Assembly: GCA_049517295.1 (NCBI GenBank)
Contig: JBEKSF010000005.1
Span: 1 to 64,000 of the forward strand
Length of the DNA: 64,000 bases
Source: Verrucomicrobiota bacterium
GTDB lineage: Bacteria; Verrucomicrobiota; Verrucomicrobiia; Limisphaerales; Palsa-1400
Direction of reading: 5' to 3'
Shown here: positions 56,692-64,000 of the stretch, in pieces
Position numbering within the stretch: position 1 is the stretch's first letter
How the letters are laid out: every line of letters starts with the position of its first letter
Program-made: the position numbers and the translations under genes
The notes under the pieces: model-generated
Seen by the model: the letters and a program-made list of their open reading frames with translations, nothing else
The model's database searches: none
Told to the model about the DNA's origin: nothing

Positions 56692-56912
56692 TCGCCCTCT
56701 GTAGGACTGCGGTTTTCCGGCCATTTCCTGTGGGCCGCGCGTCCTCACGCGGCGTTGGGCGCCAGGGTTCAGCGCATTGCTTCCAGCAACGGTGCTGGCA
56801 TCCCGTGACGCAGGGCCGTTGTCATCCCGCGAACTTCTTCGGGAGAACGGATGGCTTTTTGCATGTTGTTTGTGCGGTTTTCGGCGCGGCGGACATTACC
56901 TTGTGGAATCAG

Positions 56913-58751
56913 ATGAGCCAGGATGCTGAACTGCTGCGCTGTTACGCCACCGAACACGACGAAGGCGCCTTCTCCGATTTGGTCGGACGCCACGTCGATC
57001 TGGTTTATTCCGCCGCGTCGCGGCTGGTCAACGGCGACGCCCACCGGGCGCAGGATGTGACGCAGCAGGTCTTTGCGGAACTGGCGCGGCAGGCTGGCGC
57101 CTTGATGCGCCACCCCGCCTTGGCCGGCTGGCTCTACACCACCACCCGGCGGCTGGCTTGGCGCACCCTCCGCACCGAGCAGCGCCGTGCCGCCCGCGAA
57201 CAGCAAGCCAATACGATGAACGAACTCCTCCGCGAATCGCCGGCGGATTCGCAGTGGGAGCGCCTCCGCCCCCTTCTGGATGACGCCATGCATGAACTCG
57301 CCGAGCAAGACCGCCTGGCCGTGCTCCTCCGCTTCTTTAAGAACAAAAGCCTCAGTGAGGTGGGACTGGAATTAGGGTTGACTGAAAACACCGCCCGCAT
57401 GCGTGTCGAACGGGCGCTGGAGAAGCTTCGCTTGGCTCTCGCGCGCAAGAGCGTCGGTTCAACCGCGGCGGCGCTGGCGGTCGCCCTTTCGGGCAACGCC
57501 ATCGGCGCCGCTCCGGCCGGTTTCGTGGCGGGGCTGGCCGCGGCATCGCTGGCGCGCGCCTCCGCCCAAGCCGCAATCACCCCTGGAGTTTTCAAATTTA
57601 TGGCTGCGACAAAACTAAAAGTCGGACTCTCCGCCCTGGCCCTGGCCGGGGCGGCCATCACATTAGTGGTGGTCAATCAACAACGAATCGATGCGCGCGC
57701 GGACAATGACGCTTTGCGCCGCCAGCTCGCGCAATTGAAAGCGGACAACGATGACCTTTCCCGCCAATTGACGCGCGAGAAGCGCTGGCGCGCCTTGCGC
57801 ACCCCCGCGCCGCCGTTGCGCGCCGCTGCCGCCGGCGCTACGGACGACGGTTCCTACACAAACCTGTATGATCGGCTCAGCGCCCGGGCCGCGACCATCA
57901 CCGCGGACAAGTTGCAGGATTACCTCAAGGCCAATCACCGTAGCGCCGCAAGCTTGCTGGCCGCCTTTCGCGTCAGCCGCGACCCGGCCCTGTTGGAGGA
58001 GGCGAAAAAGAACTTTCCGGGCGATCCGCAGGTGGCGTTTGAAGCAGCATTCCAGAGCGGTGTGACGCCGGAAGAGCGGCGCCAGTGGTTGGACACGTTC
58101 GAAAAGACCGCGCCGGACAACGCCCTGGCAAACTACCTGTCTGCCTTGGACTACTTCAAAGCCGGCCAGACCGACCAGGCGATTCGCGAAATGGCGGCCG
58201 CTTCGGGCAAGGCGCAATTCCAGGACTATTCGATGGAGCGGATGCAGTCGGATGAGGAAGCGTACCTTGGAGCGGGCACTTCCATTGTTGAGGCCAAGCA
58301 ATTGGCGGGATCGCAGCTTCTCCTGCCTCAGTTGGGACAACTCAAACAATTGGGGTTGGACATGGTGGACTTGGCCCAATCGTACCAACAATCCGGTGAT
58401 ACCCCGTCCGCGCAAACCGCGTTGCAAATGGCGGTGAATCTGGGCCAGCGTTATGCCGCCGGTTCGCCAGGCGAGCCGGAAATCAGCCAACTCGTTGGCA
58501 TTGCCCTCGAAAGCATTGCGCTCAAGAACATGGACCCTAGCGCGCCGTACGGTGACAACGGCCAGACGGTGCAGGATCAGATCGCCCAATTGGGCCAGGA
58601 AAGGGCGCAGATCCATGACCTCGCGCAACAGGTCGATGCTCTGCTGCCAATGATGTCAGACCAGGATTGGATCATCTACAAGGACCGCTGGATGGTCTTC
58701 GGGGAACAAGCCGCCGTCCAATGGATTATCGCCAAATACGGCCAGAAGTGA
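56913..58751 (+). CDS. ECF (sigma-70 family group IV) sigma factor fused to two TM helices and a ~380-aa C-terminal extracytoplasmic helical domain
   Basis: Start MSQDAELLRCYATEHDEGAFSDLVGRHVDLVYSAASRLV is sigma region 2. Region 4 HTH is LSEVGLELGLTENTARMRVERALEKLR. TM1 is AAALAVALSGNAIGAAPAGFVAGLAAASLA. TM2 is LKVGLSALALAGAAITLVVV. The coiled-coil is ADNDALRRQLAQLKADNDDL. Confidence 0.65.
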   Translation: MSQDAELLRCYATEHDEGAFSDLVGRHVDLVYSAASRLVNGDAHRAQDVTQQVFAELARQAGALMRHPALAGWLYTTTRRLAWRTLRTEQRRAAREQQANTMNELLRESPADSQWERLRPLLDDAMHELAEQDRLAVLLRFFKNKSLSEVGLELGLTENTARMRVERALEKLRLALARKSVGSTAAALAVALSGNAIGAAPAGFVAGLAAASLARASAQAAITPGVFKFMAATKLKVGLSALALAGAAITLVVVNQQRIDARADNDALRRQLAQLKADNDDLSRQLTREKRWRALRTPAPPLRAAAAGATDDGSYTNLYDRLSARAATITADKLQDYLKANHRSAASLLAAFRVSRDPALLEEAKKNFPGDPQVAFEAAFQSGVTPEERRQWLDTFEKTAPDNALANYLSALDYFKAGQTDQAIREMAAASGKAQFQDYSMERMQSDEEAYLGAGTSIVEAKQLAGSQLLLPQLGQLKQLGLDMVDLAQSYQQSGDTPSAQTALQMAVNLGQRYAAGSPGEPEISQLVGIALESIALKNMDPSAPYGDNGQTVQDQIAQLGQERAQIHDLAQQVDALLPMMSDQDWIIYKDRWMVFGEQAAVQWIIAKYGQK

Positions 58752-58798
58752 GCCCCTCCGTCGTCCCTACAATCACCGAGCCGCCAGCCCGCTAAAAG

Positions 58799-58990
58799 TT
58801 ACATCGGTCTTGAAAGCGGTTCATACGGAGGGCGGCCGTAAACCTTTCTGTAAGCACGGCAGAATGGGCAGACCCTGGCTTCGACCCGCTTCACCATCCC
58901 AAAAGCCAGGCCGCGTTGGTCTCGTCGGGCGCGCCGGCACAACGGACACTTTAGGCAGACTTTGGCCAGGGCCTTGTTAATCCGGTTCAC
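58799..58990 (-). CDS. Tiny Cys-rich ORF (63 aa; CxxC...CxxC), doubtful
   Basis: Cys-pair spacing CLKCPLC...CPFC is zinc-ribbon-like. There is no other support. Confidence 0.2.
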   Translation of the reverse strand: MNRINKALAKVCLKCPLCRRARRDQRGLAFGMVKRVEARVCPFCRAYRKVYGRPPYEPLSRPM

Positions 58991-59305
58991 GCATAGTCAA
59001 AAATGACACTGGAGAGCTAAAATGGCAACCGCCGGCACGACCAATCTAAAACAGATTCTGCGCGTTGAGTGTCTCCCGGCGCTGGGTAGCCAGTGGAAGT
59101 ATTACATTACTGAGGCCGTTAAAGACTATTTTCGACGGGTTGATTTGTCACATCTTGTGGGCGAGACAGCGCAATCTCTGATTTGGGATTATCCCAGTCT
59201 TTCGCCAAAAGGTGCCAGGACACCGCCGCCCCCACTCGCGAGGTTGCGCGTTTGGCGCGGCGGGGTTACGCTGGCGGGCGTGCAACCTATCCGCCGGTCT
59301 TTTAT

Positions 59306-60184
59306 ATGAGCAAACCTCGCATCGCTTTTCTCGGCTTGGGCATCATGGGTTCGGGCATGGCCCGACGCCTCCTGGCCCACGGGTTTCCATTGAACGTCTT
59401 CAACCGCAGCGGCGACAAAGCCGCGCCCCTGGCCGCCGCGGGCGCGCGGGCCGCCTCCACTCCGCGCGAGGCGGCCTCGGGCGCGGACGTCATCATGAGC
59501 ATGGTGGCTGATGACATTGCCTCGCGCGCCATCTGGCTTGGAGAAAATGGCGCGCTGGCGGGCTTGAAGCCAGGCGCGGTTTGCCTCGAATCGAGCACGG
59601 TGACCGTAGGCTGGGTGCGCGAATTGGCCGCGGCGGCGGTTGCGCGCGGCTGCGAGTTTCTCGACACGCCCGTGACCGGCAGCAAAAACCAGGCGGCGGC
59701 AGGCGAGTTGATTATCCTGGCCGGAGGTTCTGCCGCCACGTTGGAAAAAGTCTGCCCCGTGCTCGCGGCCTTGAGCAAAAGCATCCGGCTGATCGGCCCC
59801 GTCGGCAGCGGCGCGGTGCTCAAGCTCGTCAACAACTTCATGTGCGCGGCGCAAATCGTCTCCCTGGCCCAGGGGCTGGCCATGATCGAGCGCGCCGGGC
59901 TGGACCGCGCGCGGGCGCTGGAAGTTCTGCTCAACGGCGCGCCCGGCAGCCCGATGGTGAAAACCGTCGCCGAGCGGATGGTCGCGCGAGATTACACGCC
60001 GAATTTTCCGTTGCGCCTGGCGGCCAAGGACGCTCGCTACGCGATGGCGGAAGCCGCCAAATTGTCGCTTGACTTGACAATGGCCGCGGCGGCGTTGAAG
60101 GCCTTTGAGAACGCCGCCGCCAGCGGGCACGGCGACCAGGACATGGCCGCGGTGGTTGAACCGCTTCGACAAACCGCCGTTTGA
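59306..60184 (+). CDS. NAD(P)-dependent beta-hydroxyacid dehydrogenase family oxidoreductase (3-hydroxyisobutyrate/tartronate-semialdehyde reductase-like)
   Basis: Start MSKPRIAFLGLGIMGSGMARRL is a Rossmann GxGxxG motif. The catalytic-region KLVNN motif (VLKLVNNF) is present. Length is 292 aa. Confidence 0.7.
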   Translation: MSKPRIAFLGLGIMGSGMARRLLAHGFPLNVFNRSGDKAAPLAAAGARAASTPREAASGADVIMSMVADDIASRAIWLGENGALAGLKPGAVCLESSTVTVGWVRELAAAAVARGCEFLDTPVTGSKNQAAAGELIILAGGSAATLEKVCPVLAALSKSIRLIGPVGSGAVLKLVNNFMCAAQIVSLAQGLAMIERAGLDRARALEVLLNGAPGSPMVKTVAERMVARDYTPNFPLRLAAKDARYAMAEAAKLSLDLTMAAAALKAFENAAASGHGDQDMAAVVEPLRQTAV

Positions 60185-60207
60185 GGCGCTTTGCCAGTCG
60201 CGCGGGC

Positions 60208-61086
60208 CTATTTTTTCAAGAAGCCCTGCATGTCAAGCCAGTCGGCAAAACGCTCGATCCAATGGTCGCTGGGCAGTCCCTGTTTGCGCATCCCAAAACC
60301 GTGCCCACCCTTGGCAAAGATGTGCAGTTCGGCTTGCTTTCCCGCCGCGATCCAATCCCGATAAAGGGCAACGCTTTGCGGCGCCAAACCAAGCGGATCA
60401 TCGGACGCCGCGACAATGAACGCGGGCGGCGCGTCGGACGGAACGCCGCCGGATTTGATCGTCCAATTGTACGCCAGATAAATCGGGGCGACGAAATCCG
60501 GCCGCGTCTGCGCTGTGTAATTGAACGCGACCGACGCCGCCACCGTGCCGCCTGCCGAAAAGCCGATAATGCCGATTCGATCGGGGTTGACGCCAAACTC
60601 CGCCGCGTGCTTGCGCACGTAGCCGATGGCCGCATTGCCGTCGGCCATGGCGAGCTTGACGACGGGGGTGACGACCTCATCCAGCGGCCCGCGCGTCGTC
60701 ACCTCGCGGGTCGGATCGTCGGTTTTGCATTCCACCAGCCGATACTTGAGGACGAAACCGGTGACGCCTTTGGCGGCCAGCCAGCGGGCAACCTCGTTGC
60801 CTTCGCTGTCGATGGAAAGCGCGAAGAAAGCGCCGCCCGGGCAAATGACGACAGCCGTGCCGTTGGCCTTGGCGGGGTCGGCCTGGAAGACGCCAATGGT
60901 GGGGTCCACGACGTTAAAAACGACGCGGGTATTCCAGAGGTTGGTCCGGTTTTCCTGTTCCGTTTGCTTCCAGCTCTCCGAGCCGGGTGCCGGCCCGTCG
61001 TAGAGCCGGATGACTTTGTCCTGGGCGGCGGCCCTCATGCAAAAGAGGCACAGAAGCAGTATTGAAGTGTGGTGTATGTGAGTCAT
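60208..61086 (-). CDS. Secreted alpha/beta-hydrolase esterase (carbohydrate-esterase-like)
   Basis: Signal peptide MTHIHHTSILLLCLFCMRAAAQ. The nucleophile elbow is GFSAGG. An HGxG-like segment KGGHGFGM lies near the C-terminus. Confidence 0.65.
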   Translation of the reverse strand: MTHIHHTSILLLCLFCMRAAAQDKVIRLYDGPAPGSESWKQTEQENRTNLWNTRVVFNVVDPTIGVFQADPAKANGTAVVICPGGAFFALSIDSEGNEVARWLAAKGVTGFVLKYRLVECKTDDPTREVTTRGPLDEVVTPVVKLAMADGNAAIGYVRKHAAEFGVNPDRIGIIGFSAGGTVAASVAFNYTAQTRPDFVAPIYLAYNWTIKSGGVPSDAPPAFIVAASDDPLGLAPQSVALYRDWIAAGKQAELHIFAKGGHGFGMRKQGLPSDHWIERFADWLDMQGFLKK

Positions 61087-61376
61087 GGGGCGGATTGTCG
61101 GTCGCGACTGGTTCCCGGTCAATGGGAAACCCGCCAGCACCAGGCCAAATGCACCGTCCCCACAACAGAAAAACATCGAGCAAACTCCCGGCGACGCCTA
61201 TTCTGTAACTATCATGCAGACGGCACGACGAGTTCAGAAGTTCAAACCGATCAATCGCAGGCGTCTGGCGGCTAGGCACGCCAAGGGTGTCTTGCGGGTC
61301 AAACATATTACCTTGGCGGCATCGAATACCGCTCAAAACAACCGCCTGGACGTCAGCCGTGTGCAATTGACAGACG

Positions 61377-62138
61377 ATGAGGATTTCCCGGCCACCTGAA
61401 AGCCCGAACGGACCGGAGCGATCAGGAAAGCGACGGCTTTTTCTGCCGTCCGATTTCGCCCGGGTGATCGCCAAAATCCCTGCAACCTGCCCAATGGTCG
61501 GCGGACAAGCCGTGGCCTGGTGGGTTCAAATCTTTGGTATCCCAACCGACAAGCCCGTCACCAGCAGTGACATTGACTTCCGGGGGTCCCGTGACGACTT
61601 GAAAGCACTCTCCAAAGCCCTTGGGGCAAAGCCGGTTTGGCCCCACGAGTATGAAATGACCGTCTGGGTTGGAGGCATCCCGCTCACCATCAATGCCGAA
61701 CGAACCATCGTTGACTTCATCCGTTCAGTCCCTGGCCTGGACGTGATTTACCCGGAAAAAGCGTCGGTCGGACAGACTGACACCGCCGGCGCGGTGGCTA
61801 GGAGAATACTGGTGCTGTCTCCGATATCGCTTGTGCTGGCGAAGCTGCACGGGCCCAAAGCGTTCGACCAGGACAACCGCCAAGATGAACTGCACCTCAA
61901 GGTGTGCCTGCTTGCCTCAAAAATCTTCCTCACACGCCTTATTAACACTAATTTTTTATTTTTTGATTTCTATATACTACAGTCTTTCCCCCGCCGCCGG
62001 TCACGGGCGCCTTCGCGCCAGGCAGCCGCTGCCGGGTTTTACGGCTGCGTGTTTTTTGTTTCCCTTTCCGGCGCGAAACCTTTATCAAGGACGGACCTGA
62101 GCTTATGCGCGCCGCACACGCGCCGCTCGAATATATGA
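61377..62138 (+). CDS. Hypothetical protein; ORF boundaries doubtful
   Basis: The frame is open but runs through an AT-rich promoter-like tract (61930-61985) and contains a GACGGC-n7-GCCGTC hairpin near its 5' end. No motifs recognised. Confidence 0.2.
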   Translation: MRISRPPESPNGPERSGKRRLFLPSDFARVIAKIPATCPMVGGQAVAWWVQIFGIPTDKPVTSSDIDFRGSRDDLKALSKALGAKPVWPHEYEMTVWVGGIPLTINAERTIVDFIRSVPGLDVIYPEKASVGQTDTAGAVARRILVLSPISLVLAKLHGPKAFDQDNRQDELHLKVCLLASKIFLTRLINTNFLFFDFYILQSFPRRRSRAPSRQAAAAGFYGCVFFVSLSGAKPLSRTDLSLCAPHTRRSNI

Positions 62139-62884
62139 AGAATACGCGCCAGTCCGCCGGCAAGAAAAGCCGCTCCGGGATCGTCGTGCCCCGGTCCAAG
62201 CCGCGGCGCTTTTACGGGCAAGGCGTGCCCGGCGTGGACCTTTCCAAACTGGCCGGTAAACTCATCGTCGTCGAAGGCGCCGACGGTTCGGGCCGCTCAA
62301 CCCAAATCGCGCGCCTGGTGCAATGGCTCGAAGGCACCGGACATGCGACGGTGCAGACCGGGCTGAAACGCTCCACGCTGGTGAGCGAGGAACTGGAGCA
62401 GGCCCAGCAGGGCAACATCCTGAGCCACACCACGCTGAGCCTCTTTTATGCCACCGACTTCGCCGACCAGTTGGAAAACAGCATTCTGCCCGGCTTGCGC
62501 GCCGGCTTCATGGTGCTGGCCGACCGCTACATTTACACGCTGATGGTCCGCGACATGGTGCGCGGGATGGACGAGGCCTGGGTGAAAAACCTTTACGGCA
62601 TCGCCCTGGTGCCGGATGTGGTCTTCTACTTGAATGTCCAGCCCGAGGAATTGGTCGAGCGCACCTTTGCCAAAAAGCAGTCGCTCGATTACTGGGAAAG
62701 CGGGATGGATTTGGGATTGTCCAGAGATATGTTTGACAGCTTCCTCCAATACCAATCCCTGGTCACCGCCAAGTTCAAGGAGTTGCAGCGCACCTACGGC
62801 TTTACCATCGTCGATGGCCACCGCTCTCCCGATGAAATCAACGTCGAATTGCGCCGCCGTATCGAAGGCATCCTGGCCCGCTGA
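62105..62884 (+). CDS. tmk: Thymidylate kinase-like (dTMP kinase) protein
   Basis: P-loop LIVVEGADGSGRSTQ and the LID/NMP-binding region DRYIYT fit Tmk. An N-terminal extension exists; the start is possibly MKNTRQS (~62135). Confidence 0.6.
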   Translation: MRAAHAPLEYMKNTRQSAGKKSRSGIVVPRSKPRRFYGQGVPGVDLSKLAGKLIVVEGADGSGRSTQIARLVQWLEGTGHATVQTGLKRSTLVSEELEQAQQGNILSHTTLSLFYATDFADQLENSILPGLRAGFMVLADRYIYTLMVRDMVRGMDEAWVKNLYGIALVPDVVFYLNVQPEELVERTFAKKQSLDYWESGMDLGLSRDMFDSFLQYQSLVTAKFKELQRTYGFTIVDGHRSPDEINVELRRRIEGILAR

Positions 62885-62915
62885 CACGATGAGCGCCGAA
62901 CCCATACTTTGAATT

Positions 62916-63899
62916 ATGGCCGAACCCACCGCCAAAGCGGATTACTTCGTCGGCGTCGATCTCGGCGGCACCAAGATTCTGGCCGGCGTGTTCGACGACA
63001 AGCTCAACTGCCTGGGCAAGACAAAAATGAGCACCAAATCCGAGCGCGGCCCCGAAGAAGTCATCGAGCGCATCGCCCGCTGCGCCCGCGACGCCGTCGA
63101 TGAATGCGATTTGGACTTCAAGCAGGTGCGCGCGGTGGGCGTGGGCGCCCCCGGCGCCGTCGATGCCGAAACTGGCCGTGTCATTTTCGCCCCAAACCTC
63201 CAGTGGCAGGACGTGGCCTTGAAGAAGATACTGGAGAAGCAGTTGGGCCTGCCCGTCTCGGTGGAAAACGATTGCAACAGCGCGACTCTGGGCGTCTTTG
63301 AGAAGGAACTCCTCTCCAAGCCCCGCCATCTCATTGGCGTTTTTATCGGCACCGGCATCGGCGGCGGCATCATCCTGGACGGAAAGTTGTACTCCGGTTT
63401 CAACGGCACCGCCGGCGAAATCGGACACATGGTCATCCAGGTCGGCGGCCCCAAATGCAATTGCGGCAACCGCGGCTGCTTTGAAGCCCTGGCCAGCCGC
63501 GGCGCCATCTTCCGCACCATCCACGCCGCGATCAAAGACGGCCAGAAAACCGTCCTGACTGATATGCTCGGGCCGGAATTGACCGACTTGCGCAGCGGCG
63601 ACCTCCGCAAGGCCATTCGCAAGGGGGACAAAGTCGTGGAGAAGATCGTCGAAGACGCCGCCGAATACACCGGCATTGCCGTGGCCAATTTGATTAATAT
63701 TCTCAACCCGGAGGTCGTGGTCCTGGGCGGCGGCGTGATCGACGCCCTGGGCGATGATATGATGGCCATCATCGTCGAGACGGCCGAGGATTACGCCATG
63801 AGCGGGACCAACAAGGGCATAGAGGTCGTGGCCAGCAAGGTGGGAGACGACGCCGGCATTATCGGCGGCGCCGTCCTGGCCCGCAGGGCAACCAAGTAA
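62916..63899 (+). CDS. ROK-family sugar kinase (glucokinase/N-acetylglucosamine kinase-like)
   Basis: N-terminal ATP motif VGVDLGGTKI. ROK zinc motif GHMVIQVGGPKCNCGNRGCFE. Confidence 0.8.
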   Translation: MAEPTAKADYFVGVDLGGTKILAGVFDDKLNCLGKTKMSTKSERGPEEVIERIARCARDAVDECDLDFKQVRAVGVGAPGAVDAETGRVIFAPNLQWQDVALKKILEKQLGLPVSVENDCNSATLGVFEKELLSKPRHLIGVFIGTGIGGGIILDGKLYSGFNGTAGEIGHMVIQVGGPKCNCGNRGCFEALASRGAIFRTIHAAIKDGQKTVLTDMLGPELTDLRSGDLRKAIRKGDKVVEKIVEDAAEYTGIAVANLINILNPEVVVLGGGVIDALGDDMMAIIVETAEDYAMSGTNKGIEVVASKVGDDAGIIGGAVLARRATK

Positions 63900-64000
63900 C
63901 GCGCCGCCGGCATGACCGGCAGAGCACAGCGGCCTTCCCGCCTCCCGCGCGGGCGCCGGCCCGAAATGGCGATTGTGAGCGGTAATAATCCACAGCGTCG

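Noticed and set aside
59022-59309. 95-aa ORF upstream of the oxidoreductase gene
   Set aside because: It has no motif support, and its tail overlaps the oxidoreductase start region. It is more likely the 5' UTR/promoter region, so it was not annotated.

Overview
This is a GC-rich (~60%+) bacterial chromosomal segment, densely coding on both strands, with no CRISPR arrays or transposases seen. Two giant secreted beta-strand-repeat proteins (a PATR-like one truncated at the left edge, and a 1593-aa protein of four tandem DUF1565/Ig-like modules) suggest a Verrucomicrobia/PVC-type organism; that is inference. The supported content is:
- a four-gene glycan-utilisation operon on the minus strand (AmpG-like MFS, GH94 phosphorylase, GPH symporter, GH5 mannanase-like) ending in an ATGA start/stop overlap
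- a 1.7-kb non-coding region with two pairs of long direct repeats
- a Tat-exported GH125 and an S46 dipeptidyl-peptidase
- tRNA-Ser(GGA) and tRNA-Leu(TAG)
- beta-carbonic anhydrase with flotillin and NfeD
- LpxI and an RNase II-family nuclease
- a phosphoketolase (xfp) and acetate kinase (ackA) operon
- a beta-lactamase-domain::NamZ(DUF1343) fusion
- an arsR / C_GCAxxG_C_C / acr3 / arsC operon
- a metzincin-NPCBM protease
- a MazF-like toxin-antitoxin pair
- hisI, trpE, GH127, prfA, rpmE, trpG, aroB, an NAD-binding oxidoreductase, an esterase, tmk and a ROK kinase

The most unusual items are:
- the four-module giant protein divergently paired with an orphan ferredoxin-ASKHA (RACo-like) gene
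- the repeat-laden 1.7-kb regulatory desert
- a 5x TGTGACGG array upstream of trpG
- a membrane-tethered ECF sigma factor with a ~380-aa extracytoplasmic extension beside two uncharacterised membrane proteins
- a small basic protein with an internally duplicated Arg/Ala-rich motif

All coordinates carry an uncertainty of a few nucleotides at start codons. The ORF track evidently accepts GTG/TTG starts, so many track starts are over-extended.
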